A stretch of 64,000 nucleotides of DNA, taken from positions 576,001-640,000 of the forward strand of contig JBEKFP010000002.1 of the NCBI GenBank assembly GCA_050013255.1, given 5' to 3'. The translations under genes and the position numbers were made by a program. A model generated the notes under the pieces. That model had not been told where the DNA came from and made no database searches. It saw only the letters and a list, made by a program, of their open reading frames with translations. Of this stretch, positions 9,721 to 18,282 are shown piece after piece. Positions within the stretch are counted from its first letter, which is position 1, and each line of letters starts with the position of its first letter. The DNA comes from Candidatus Bathyarchaeia archaeon (GTDB lineage Archaea; Thermoproteota; Bathyarchaeia; 40CM-2-53-6).

Positions 9721-11250
9721 TCATGGCCGTATGAGTTCCTCAGCCTTCTGCTGAACGACATCCCAAGCCGCTGAAACATCTTCCCAATTGGTCTTCAGAT
9801 TACCTATCGCCAATCGGATCCCGAATTTCCCCCTGAGTTTCGTGTGCGAGAGAAATACTCGGCCTGTTTCGTTCACTGCTTCCAACAGTTTCTCGTTGAG
9901 GTCGTTGATTTCCGAGTCTGACGGAGACCTACTCCTTGGCAGGTTCTTGGGGGAGAATCGGAAGACTAGAGTGCTGAAGGGAACCGGGGCCAACATCTGA
10001 AAGTCTGGATGGCACTCAATTAGCTCCGCGAGTCTTCGGGCGTAGGCAACGTGGTCTTTTATTGCGTTCGCGATGCCCTCGCATCCCAGGGAACGAATGA
10101 CCATCCATAGTTTGAGTGCGCGGAATCGCCGGCCTAAGCTTATGCCATAATCCATCAGATTCTTTTCTTCGCCAGTTCTTGTAGTGCGAAGGTATTCAGG
10201 TGTCAGACTGAAAGCCTGCTTGAGGCTGTCGGGGCGCTTGCAATAGAGGACGCTGCAATCGATTGGCGTGAACAGCCACTTGTGGGGATTAATGATTATG
10301 GAATCAGCATTCTCCCAGCCGGCAAATTGAGACCGCATCTCGGGTAAGATGGCTGCGGCGCCTCCATAAGCGGCGTCAACGTGAAGCCAGATCCCATATT
10401 TCCTGCAAACCTCGGCAATCTCCTTCACAGGGTCGACGCTCGTAGTTGAAGTGGTTCCAATCGTTGCAATAACACAGACTGGCCTTATGCCCGCATCGAG
10501 GTCTGACTGGACAGCCTTCTCTAAAGCATGAACGTCCATTCGAAATGCTTCGTCGGTCGAAATCTTCCGAATACCCTCCTGCCCGAAGCCTAGGACAATG
10601 GCGGCTTTCTCGATGGATGAATGGGCTTCCTCTGAGCTGTAGGCCCGCAGTTGAGGAAGTTCCCTTCTACCGGCCAGACCTTTCTCGCGGACTTGCAGGT
10701 TTATGGCCTCTCGCGCTGCGGCCATAGCGCACATGCTGCCAACCGAAGCGGTATCATTTATCACGCCCTCAAACTGCTGGGGAAGGCCAACCATCTGCCG
10801 TAACCAATCCAATACCACTTCCTCTAGTTCGGTGGCTGCTGGGGAGGTCTTCCATAACATGGCGTTCACGTTCAACGCACTTGACAAGAATTCGCCGATG
10901 ATTCCAGGATAGGACCCTGTGATTGAGAAGTAAGCGAAGAATCGAGGATGATTCCAATGAGTAATTCCGGGCAAAATGACTTTCTGAAAATCGCTTAGCA
11001 CATTCTCGAAGGGTTCCGGCTTTTCAGGTGGGGATTTTGGTAGTCTTGATTTGATTTCGTCTGGTTTTGCGCGGGACAATACCGGATAGTCGTTCATGTT
11101 CTCTAGATAGTTAGCGATCCAATCGGCTGTCTGGTGACTGTATTTTCTGAAGAGGTCTGGGGACAAATCTCGATGTTGAGAATCGATTTTTGAAATACCT
11201 TGTCGTGGAGTGGCCAATCGACTTCGCACGCCTATGGTACGCCCGTGCAA
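9721..11250 (-). CDS. Group II PLP-dependent decarboxylase, aromatic-L-amino-acid decarboxylase-like (true start probably downstream)
   Basis: GITHWNHPRFFAYF, LHVDAAYGG, NPHKW, GRRFRALKLW. Confidence 0.9.
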   Translation of the reverse strand: MHGRTIGVRSRLATPRQGISKIDSQHRDLSPDLFRKYSHQTADWIANYLENMNDYPVLSRAKPDEIKSRLPKSPPEKPEPFENVLSDFQKVILPGITHWNHPRFFAYFSITGSYPGIIGEFLSSALNVNAMLWKTSPAATELEEVVLDWLRQMVGLPQQFEGVINDTASVGSMCAMAAAREAINLQVREKGLAGRRELPQLRAYSSEEAHSSIEKAAIVLGFGQEGIRKISTDEAFRMDVHALEKAVQSDLDAGIRPVCVIATIGTTSTTSVDPVKEIAEVCRKYGIWLHVDAAYGGAAAILPEMRSQFAGWENADSIIINPHKWLFTPIDCSVLYCKRPDSLKQAFSLTPEYLRTTRTGEEKNLMDYGISLGRRFRALKLWMVIRSLGCEGIANAIKDHVAYARRLAELIECHPDFQMLAPVPFSTLVFRFSPKNLPRSRSPSDSEINDLNEKLLEAVNETGRVFLSHTKLRGKFGIRLAIGNLKTNWEDVSAAWDVVQQKAEELIRP

Positions 11251-11384
11251 TTTCTGCTTTCATGTTTACCGGTCGTTAACCATGGAATTGCTATGGAGAA
11301 AACGTATGACACCCAAATTGGGAGGTAATCGAAATAGCCTTCAGAATGGAGCAGCACGAAGTAACCACTCAGGTCCAACGTGAA

Positions 11385-11505
11385 ATTGTGTTCACTCAAT
11401 CACCAGAGAGTATCTGAAGCCAACTCAAACGCCTTGGGCTGAACGTGGAAGCTTGAAAGAGAAAACATACTCAGAATTTGCGATTGGTATTCGGCCACTG
11501 TAAAC
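11385..11505 (+). pseudogene. Decayed fragment of the KaiC/RAD55-like paralogue family
   Basis: Translates IVFTQSPESI*SQLKRLGLNVE, then frameshifts to LERENILRICDWYSATV; collinear with the central part of the four paralogues. Confidence 0.8.
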
Positions 11506-11545
11506 GGTAATATGTGTGCAAGTCGGATTACTGGGTTGATAGAGA

Positions 11546-12922
11546 ATGGAATCCACTGCAATAGACAAGTTTCGAACCAGTCTCCGTGGAGAGTTGATTC
11601 AACCGAAGGATGAAGGATACGACGCGGCCCGTAAGGTTTACAATGGTATGATCGACCGCAAGCCCCGATTTATCGTACGTTGTTCGGATGTGGCTGACAT
11701 AATCAGCTCCGTCAAGTTCGCGAAGGAGAACAAACTGCTTCTTGCAGTTCGTGGGGGCGGACACAACGGAGCAGGACTGGGAGTATGCGATGACGGGTTA
11801 GTCATAGATCTTTCCCGTAGACGGGGCATCCGCGTGAATCCTAAGAAACGCACAGTCCAAGTAGAGAGCGGCTGCACCTGGGGAGAAGTAGATCACGCCA
11901 CTCAAGCTTTTGGTCTTGCGGTACCAAGCGGAATCATTTCAACCACAGGGGTTGCTGGCCTCACGTTGGGAGGAGGACACGGTTACCTGACCAGAAAGTT
12001 CGGATTGACTATCGACAATTTGCTCGAAGCGGACCTAGTCTTGGCCGATGGGAGCTTCGTTACTGCCAACGCTGATGAAAACGAGGACCTGTATTGGGCA
12101 ATTCGCGGTGGTGGAGGAAACTTTGGTGTCGTGACATCTTTCACGTTCAAGGCGCATCCTGTTAGCACTGTCTACGCTGGCCCGATGTTGTGGCCTCTCG
12201 ATAAGGCTGTGGAGGTGATGCAGTGGTATCGTGACTTCAGTAAAAAAGCTCCCGAGGATTTGTATGGGTTCTTTGGGATCCTGAATGTGCCACCTGGCCC
12301 ACCGTTTCCAGAACAGCTCCATCGCAAAACCATGTGTGCTGTCGTCTGGTGCTACTGTGGACCGAGGGAGAAGGCTGAGGAAGTATTCCGTCCCATTCGT
12401 AAGGAAGGACCACCGGTGGTCGATTTTGTTGGGCCGGTTCCTTATTCTGGTCTGCAAGGGTTATTCGACCAACTCTTCCCTCCGGGCTTGCAGTGGTACT
12501 GGAAAGGCGATTTCGTCAACGAGTTAAGCGACGTAGCCATTAAACTGCATTTGAAATACGGCTCTGAACTTCCTTCGCTACTGTCAACCATGCACCTTTA
12601 CCCAATCGATGGCGCAGTGCACAGAGTCGGAAAGAGTGACACACCTTTCAGCTATCGTGACTCCACATGGTCCATGGTGATAGGCGGGATTGATTCGAAC
12701 CCAGCGAATAACGAACGTATCACAAAATGGGCGAAGACGTACTGGGAAGCGTTACATCCCTACTCTGCAGGAGGCGCATACGTCAATTTCATGATGGAAG
12801 AGGGACAAAGTCGAGTAGAGGCAACCTATGGTCAGAACTACAAGCGCCTATCTGAGATCAAGAGGAAATATGATCCAACGAACTTGTTCCGGGTAAACCA
12901 GAACATCCCGCCTGCTCAATGA
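11546..12922 (+). CDS. FAD-binding oxidoreductase (VAO/BBE family)
   Basis: RGGGHN FAD motif, GVAGLTLGGG, WAIRGGGGNFGVVT, C-terminal BBE motif YVNF..KYDPTNLF. Confidence 0.92.
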   Translation: MESTAIDKFRTSLRGELIQPKDEGYDAARKVYNGMIDRKPRFIVRCSDVADIISSVKFAKENKLLLAVRGGGHNGAGLGVCDDGLVIDLSRRRGIRVNPKKRTVQVESGCTWGEVDHATQAFGLAVPSGIISTTGVAGLTLGGGHGYLTRKFGLTIDNLLEADLVLADGSFVTANADENEDLYWAIRGGGGNFGVVTSFTFKAHPVSTVYAGPMLWPLDKAVEVMQWYRDFSKKAPEDLYGFFGILNVPPGPPFPEQLHRKTMCAVVWCYCGPREKAEEVFRPIRKEGPPVVDFVGPVPYSGLQGLFDQLFPPGLQWYWKGDFVNELSDVAIKLHLKYGSELPSLLSTMHLYPIDGAVHRVGKSDTPFSYRDSTWSMVIGGIDSNPANNERITKWAKTYWEALHPYSAGGAYVNFMMEEGQSRVEATYGQNYKRLSEIKRKYDPTNLFRVNQNIPPAQ

Positions 12923-12925
12923 GCG

Positions 12926-13630
12926 TCACTCTTCCAAAGTGACTTCGAAGTTCTCGTGGCTGATCCTTAGCCGATGCCATCGCGAATCGAAGCCCACATT
13001 ACGCATTGTCCTAATCCTAATCATGTTAACGACTTCTTCACTCTCCGTCTTAATTCTGAAATCGATTATTCCATCGCTCACGCTTTCAAGCCTCTTGTAG
13101 ACTAGACTGCTGTGCACGTCTCTGATGACGCCGCGCAGGCAAGTCATATTCCTGACCTTAAAAGCGGGGATAGATCTTGCGAGTTCGTATTCCACCCAGT
13201 TCTTCTCATCGTTGAATCTGTCCAGAACTGAAATGTCTTCCCCAATCGCCAATGTGTCTGTAGCAAGTGGTCCCTTCATCCGTACTTGAGAAACATGAAT
13301 ACTCAAGTCTGCGACCTTCAGCGAATCGGCTCCACGCTTTTCTTTTGACACTTGTCCCAACGTAGTGGTGTACCAGTCCCAGATTTCGAGGGCTCCATTA
13401 TTCTCAAGCTCCTCTGTATCTATCCCAAGTCGAACAAGTTGGTTGCGAACGCTTTCTGGTGAATGTGCGAAAGCGTAGTACTGGACCTTTCCACCAGTTT
13501 TCAACCATCCCGCGACGATGGTGGTCAATGCATTGTACCATTGCGACGCCGCGTCGAACTCCGCCAAGAGAACTGACCCAGCAGGAACGGGACCTGTACT
13601 CAAATCCTCGATTAACGGAATCCGTGGCAC
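12926..13630 (-). CDS. KaiC/RAD55-like RecA-fold protein with degenerate Walker A (paralogue 1)
   Basis: IPLIEDL..GPVPAGSVLL N-terminus and DGIIDF..IRIRTMRN C-terminus; P-loop replaced by EFDAASQW. Confidence 0.8.
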   Translation of the reverse strand: MPRIPLIEDLSTGPVPAGSVLLAEFDAASQWYNALTTIVAGWLKTGGKVQYYAFAHSPESVRNQLVRLGIDTEELENNGALEIWDWYTTTLGQVSKEKRGADSLKVADLSIHVSQVRMKGPLATDTLAIGEDISVLDRFNDEKNWVEYELARSIPAFKVRNMTCLRGVIRDVHSSLVYKRLESVSDGIIDFRIKTESEEVVNMIRIRTMRNVGFDSRWHRLRISHENFEVTLEE

Positions 13631-13699
13631 AGTTGGAACACACGAACATAGTCGGGCCAGCTGGAAGTTGTGGCTTTCGGTTCAGAAGGTGTGTCTGCT

Positions 13700-13764
13700 C
13701 ACCATTAGACCCACACGAAAATCTGCGGATTCTGAAAGTAAGATTCAGAATGGCGCCGGGAGAG
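13700..13764. repeat. Direct repeat of the tRNA-Ser 3' end plus ~50 nt of downstream flank (copy of 17676-17741)
   Basis: TGGCGCCGGGAGAG is identical at 13751 and 17728; GACCCACACGAAAATCTGCGGATT is shared. Confidence 0.88.
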
Positions 13765-13932
13765 AGCACTTAACTGAAGGTTCAACGCCTGTCTGGGGTC
13801 CCCCACCTGTATTCTCGTCGGAAACGAACTAGTTGTGCAAATCCCACCGGCTACACATTTTTCGTGGGTTCAATCACCACTGTGTGTCTAATGGTTGGCG
13901 CATATTCCCTAATAGCGGCTGCTCGCGTTTCG

Positions 13933-14646
13933 TTACTTTTCGAGTTTAACTTCGAAGTTCTCGGCGATTTTCAGTCGATGCCATCGAGAATCGAAGCCGA
14001 CGTTCCGCATGACCCTGATTCGGATGAAATTGACAACTTCACCAGCGCTCTCTTCGACCTTGAAATCTATTACGCCGTCAACTTCAGCTTCCAGACGCTT
14101 GTAGAGATAGTCGCTGTGAATCCCACCTATCACTCCGATCAGATTAGTCAGTTGATACTGCACCGTATAGGGGAAATCGCGTGTAAGCTCATATTCAACC
14201 AGGGCTTTTTCATCGTTGAATCTGCTAAGACTTGAAAGGTCGTCCATTACGATGAGGTGCGAGGGAGCCGGTCCGTAATCCTCGCTTTTCATTTCTTGAC
14301 TGGTGGAAATGCTGAGATCAGCAACCTTCAGGGAATCGAAAGTGAGTCTTTCAGTTGATTTCTTTCCGTGCGCTGCAGCGTGCCCGTCCAATATTCTCAG
14401 TCCCTCCCAGTCAAGTTTCTCAAGTTGCTCAACATCCAGTCCAAGACGTAGAAGTTTTGAGCGAATGCTGCTCGGTGATTGAGCCAAGGCGTTGTACGAG
14501 ACTGTCCCTCCTGACTTGATCCATTCCGCTACCATGGTTAGCGAGGTATTGTACCATTGGGAGGCAGCACCGTACTCCACTAGAAGATTGGATGGAGGAG
14601 GCAGCGGTTCGAACAGCAAATCTTGAATCAATGCGAGACGTGGCAG
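13933..14646 (-). CDS. KaiC/RAD55-like protein with degenerate Walker A (paralogue 2); probable CTG start
   Basis: Homologous to paralogues 1, 3 and 4; LPRLALIQD aligns with MPRLPLIED. Confidence 0.8.
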   Translation of the reverse strand: MPRLALIQDLLFEPLPPPSNLLVEYGAASQWYNTSLTMVAEWIKSGGTVSYNALAQSPSSIRSKLLRLGLDVEQLEKLDWEGLRILDGHAAAHGKKSTERLTFDSLKVADLSISTSQEMKSEDYGPAPSHLIVMDDLSSLSRFNDEKALVEYELTRDFPYTVQYQLTNLIGVIGGIHSDYLYKRLEAEVDGVIDFKVEESAGEVVNFIRIRVMRNVGFDSRWHRLKIAENFEVKLEK

Positions 14647-14768
14647 GGTCGGTTCACATGGTCAAGATGTGCGAGCGGGAAGTTGTGGATTTCGGTTTTG
14701 TATGTGTGGGTCATATGGTGCGCATACACAAAACTAGTTTGTGCCTTCAAATCCCTTCTTCATTAGGA

Positions 14769-15410
14769 TTAGGTGCCTGCGTAATCCGCGCTCAACGCCC
14801 TGGACCGTTTTTTGCGGGACACCTTTACTCCCAGATTCCTAGCCAGGCGCCTGACTTCCTCTTCATCCAGCCACGTTACCCTCAAGTAATCAACTATCTC
14901 CTCGTCAGCCATCCCAAGCCTGCGCGCTTCCTTTATCGTGTGCTTGTACGCTTCGAGCTCAGTGGGTCTATCAACATATTCAAACCTCTTACCCAAGCTC
15001 AATAATATCTCTCTGCCATCTCTGAACTGTTTTACATGAACAAGTTCGTGAATCAGATCCAGGTAGATTTCTCGCGTTTCTCCATCCCTCAGGTAATTTG
15101 CATTGGCGATCAAGTGTCCGTCTTCGTCGCTGACCCAGATGTAGTCAGATCGAGAACGGACAAACTCCACTCGAAGGCCCGCCAAAACCTCGTCAGTTTC
15201 TTGACCAAAGATCTCACGAACCGCGCCCACCGCCTGAAATCCTTTGAAATAGTCGTTAAAACTGTGTCTCGTCTTAGAACCGCGTTTCGACGTAGGAACT
15301 TGCCGTATAATCTGTACGTTTGTCAACCCCACCATCCGGCTTGTCGCTCGCTTCAAAGTCTGCCCACTCTTATCCACGATTCCAGCAAGGCACGTACACA
15401 GTAATTGCAA
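14769..15410 (-). CDS. Putative zincin-like metallopeptidase (start uncertain)
   Basis: LIHELVHVKQ HExxH motif with downstream ELEAY. Confidence 0.6.
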   Translation of the reverse strand: MQLLCTCLAGIVDKSGQTLKRATSRMVGLTNVQIIRQVPTSKRGSKTRHSFNDYFKGFQAVGAVREIFGQETDEVLAGLRVEFVRSRSDYIWVSDEDGHLIANANYLRDGETREIYLDLIHELVHVKQFRDGREILLSLGKRFEYVDRPTELEAYKHTIKEARRLGMADEEIVDYLRVTWLDEEEVRRLARNLGVKVSRKKRSRALSADYAGT

Positions 15411-15524
15411 GTATCATTGAAAGCTTTTCAATTAGCCGAGCATCCCTTCGAGGCTGCTAAAGTTGCTCTCGACACCCTTTTCTTTCTCTTTGTATCGACA
15501 GTAACCTAGAAGGATCCCGACCTT

Positions 15525-15968
15525 TTGTTAGAGAAGCATACTTACCACGTTTCAAAAGTCTTCAATGCTCCATTGAAATTTGTCTATGACTGGCTGACCG
15601 ATTACAAAGAGGACGATAACCAGATAACGGGCTCAAAGACGCAGTTTAAGATCTTGCAGAAAACCAAGCGTCGGGTAATCTACCTTCGGACATCTGAGCG
15701 GAACGGAAAGACTATGATCGGCGTGAAAATGGTCATGCTACGCCCGCCCAAAGCTTGGTACCTAGATCAAGTGGGAGAGGACGAGGACGCGATTGGCACC
15801 TACAAATTAACGCGAGTAGGACCAGAAAAAACGAGGCTCGATATGACGTTTACAGAAAAGTACAAGATAAGTGATGCCCCCACCAAAGAAGAAGACAGAA
15901 ACCACACCGACCAAATGTGGGATAAGTACGTGGCCGCTCTGGAGAAGGACTACGCTTCCGACCATTAA
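15525..15968 (+). CDS. SRPBCC/START-like fold hypothetical protein
   Basis: FNAPLKFVYDWLTD N-terminal pattern, beta-rich core, C-terminal helix. Confidence 0.55.
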   Translation: MLEKHTYHVSKVFNAPLKFVYDWLTDYKEDDNQITGSKTQFKILQKTKRRVIYLRTSERNGKTMIGVKMVMLRPPKAWYLDQVGEDEDAIGTYKLTRVGPEKTRLDMTFTEKYKISDAPTKEEDRNHTDQMWDKYVAALEKDYASDH

Positions 15969-16032
15969 CCACTTTAATGTATAGACGCTGAAATGGTAGA
16001 GATCGAGTGCACCGGTCTCTGGTGTGTGTAAC

Positions 16033-16746
16033 ATGCGTCTTGCGTTGATCGAGGATTTGCTAACTGAACCCTTGCCAGCTGGCTCTAATCTTTTGGTGGA
16101 GTATGACGCCGCGTCCCAATGGTACCGTGCGTCCGTGAACATCGCGAGAGAATGGCTGAGAGACGGAGGTGAGGTTGGTTATAATGTGGCGGCGCAGTTT
16201 CCAGACAGTCTACGATCTCAACTCAGGAAGCTAGGACTGAAAGTGGAAGAGTTCGAAACTGACGGGAAACTGGAGGTCTGGGACTGGTACTCCGCAACAC
16301 TTGGCCAAAAATCGAAGGAAAAGTTCGTCGGGGCCAGTAGTCTGAAAGCAGCAGACCTGAGCATAGCCATTTCGAAGGATGAATTGAAGCCTGCGATGGC
16401 TGGAGAAGCCTACCCTAGATATTTGAGAATCTGGGACAACTCATCCGTCCTGGCCAGATTCAACGACGACAGGGCCTGGGTTGAATTTCTAGTCACCCGA
16501 ATATTTCCATCGGCATTCTACACAAAGTCAACTCTGATAGTAGGAGTGATTCGGGGGGTCCACAGCGATGCGGTCTACAGACAATTGGAGGACGCAGCCG
16601 ATGGCGTGATCGACTTCAAAATTGAGGACATAGGCGAGAAGACTAGGGATGTCCTAAGGATTAGAAGCATGCGAAACGTTAGCTTTGACCGGGAGTGGCA
16701 CCGACTGAAAATTGGCGAGAACTTTGAAGTCAGCCTAGACAAGTAG
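16033..16746 (+). CDS. KaiC/RAD55-like protein with degenerate Walker A (paralogue 3)
   Basis: MRLALIEDLL..GSNLLVEYDAASQW; ADGVIDF; IRSMRN. Confidence 0.8.
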   Translation: MRLALIEDLLTEPLPAGSNLLVEYDAASQWYRASVNIAREWLRDGGEVGYNVAAQFPDSLRSQLRKLGLKVEEFETDGKLEVWDWYSATLGQKSKEKFVGASSLKAADLSIAISKDELKPAMAGEAYPRYLRIWDNSSVLARFNDDRAWVEFLVTRIFPSAFYTKSTLIVGVIRGVHSDAVYRQLEDAADGVIDFKIEDIGEKTRDVLRIRSMRNVSFDREWHRLKIGENFEVSLDK

Positions 16747-16869
16747 TAAGGTTGTGGCCAGTTTTTCGTGTGCGTGCGCGCACCACTAGACCAACATACA
16801 CTGGAAAACCAACCAAGAACCGAAATCTACAACTTAGAGTTCGCTTCATGCGGGTTATGTGAACGCATC

Positions 16870-17592
16870 GTGCCGCGTCTCCCCTTAATCGAGGATTTGA
16901 CCAACCGCCCAATAACCGCCGGCTCCTGGCTGATGGTCGAGTATACTGGCGCATCACGATGGTACAATGCTTGCCTCACGATCGCGGCGGGGTGGCTCAA
17001 AACTGGCGGTAGAGTTAGCTACAGTGCTTACGCTTGGCCGTCGGAGAATGTTCGTTCTCAACTGAACCTCCTCGGATTGAGGGCAGAAGAACTGGAGAAG
17101 GAAGACAGACTGCGCATTTGGGACTGGTATACGGCCACGCTGGGTCATAAATCCAAAGAGAAGCTATCCGTCGATTCGTTGAAGGTTGCTGATCTCAGCA
17201 TATTGTTCTCAAGAGAGGTAATGGCCGGTCATCCCGCCCTCGAACGACAGCCCTACGGCCCTGACTGGTTGAGAATTGCAGATAACGGCTCAACTCTGGC
17301 TAGGTTCAACGATGAGAAAGCTTGGGTGGAATTCAGACTCACTCGAGACATTCCAAGTGCGTCGTCCACGAAATCAACGGCAATCGTCGCTTTCATCAAA
17401 GGCCTACACAGCAGTTGGGCCTATGAGCAATTGGAGGCAGCGGTTGATGGTATCATAGATTTCAAGCTCGAGGAGGTGGGAGAGGAGACGATAAACCTGA
17501 TGAGGATAAGGAGTATGCGGAATGTCGGCTTTGACTCGCGATGGCATCGACTTAGGGTCAGCGAGAATTTCGAAGTCACTTTAGAAAATTAG
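16870..17592 (+). CDS. KaiC/RAD55-like protein with degenerate Walker A (paralogue 4)
   Basis: GTG start MPRLPLIED by homology; VDGIIDF; IRSMRNVGFDSRWH. Confidence 0.8.
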   Translation: MPRLPLIEDLTNRPITAGSWLMVEYTGASRWYNACLTIAAGWLKTGGRVSYSAYAWPSENVRSQLNLLGLRAEELEKEDRLRIWDWYTATLGHKSKEKLSVDSLKVADLSILFSREVMAGHPALERQPYGPDWLRIADNGSTLARFNDEKAWVEFRLTRDIPSASSTKSTAIVAFIKGLHSSWAYEQLEAAVDGIIDFKLEEVGEETINLMRIRSMRNVGFDSRWHRLRVSENFEVTLEN

Positions 17593-17727
17593 TCATTCAT
17601 CTTTCGTTCTTTGTGTGTGCGGTATCAACAGGGCGAGCACTGAAAATTGAACCGTATTTTTCCCGCGTGAGTGCGCACCACTGGACCCACACGAAAATCT
17701 GCGGATTCCGAAAGATAGGATTCAGAA

Positions 17728-17846
17728 TGGCGCCGGGAGAGGGATTTGAACCCTCGAGGCCCGTGAGGACCACAGGCTTTCAGTTCCTTTGATTCCAGGC
17801 TTAGGCTCAGGTGCATCTGCCCCGTACCAGGCTCGGGAACCCCGGC
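17728..17846 (-). tRNA. tRNA-Ser (probably GGA) with two introns: 29/30 (17801-17816) and 37/38 (17779-17792); CCA encoded
   Basis: Acceptor GCCGGGG/TCCCGGC-G-CCA, long variable arm, TTCAAAT loop; CAGGC/GCCTG stem restored after intron removal; BHB-like GGGC/GCCU helix at 29/30. Confidence 0.85.
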
Positions 17847-18060
17847 TCCAAGTGGTTTCACAATTCCAAGCTCAATTTAAGCCTGTCCAGGCGTCGAGCA
17901 AATAGGAAAGACAGTGTGCAGTGGCGACGCGTTAGCGCAGCAAAATGATGTCTAACATATGTTATACACTACGATCAGTCGGGAAGGAACAGCAAATGCA
18001 ATTCATAAGAAGACCTGTATCACAAGTCCATAACCCACAGTCTCACAAAGCGCGTGTCAG

Positions 18061-18231
18061 GAAAAGCGACAAAACCAGCCCCGTCTGACCCCAAAAAGTG
18101 TACCACCCCCATACCCCCCCTCATCAAGCGTGCGCGCGCGGCTTGAAAAAAGCCGCAAAATCAACGCCGTCTGACTCAGAAAACTGAGTCACCCCCCTGG
18201 GGGGTCCACTCAAGCGTGCGCGCACAGGCCG
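18061..18231. repeat. Degenerate 86-bp tandem repeat (2 copies) with palindromes
   Basis: CCGTCTGAC at 18081/18167 and TCAAGCGTGCGCGC at 18124/18210, both offset by 86. Confidence 0.75.
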
Positions 18232-18282
18232 CGTGGCATGCACAACATAGGCTAGACGTCCGCTCTCTCGTAGCCTGTGAAA

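Noticed and set aside
13770-13860. tRNA-like fragments (GGTTCAA; CAAATCCCACCGGCTAC)
   Set aside because: No cloverleaf or BHB reconstruction is possible; too short to call
14718-14745. GGTGCGCATA match to the bacterial dif XerC arm
   Set aside because: No matching second arm; it is simply part of the island motif
13696-17692. Island motif as integron attC sites or CRISPR repeats
   Set aside because: No RYYYAAC..GTTRRRY pairs, irregular kb-scale spacing, mixed orientation, and no intI or cas genes
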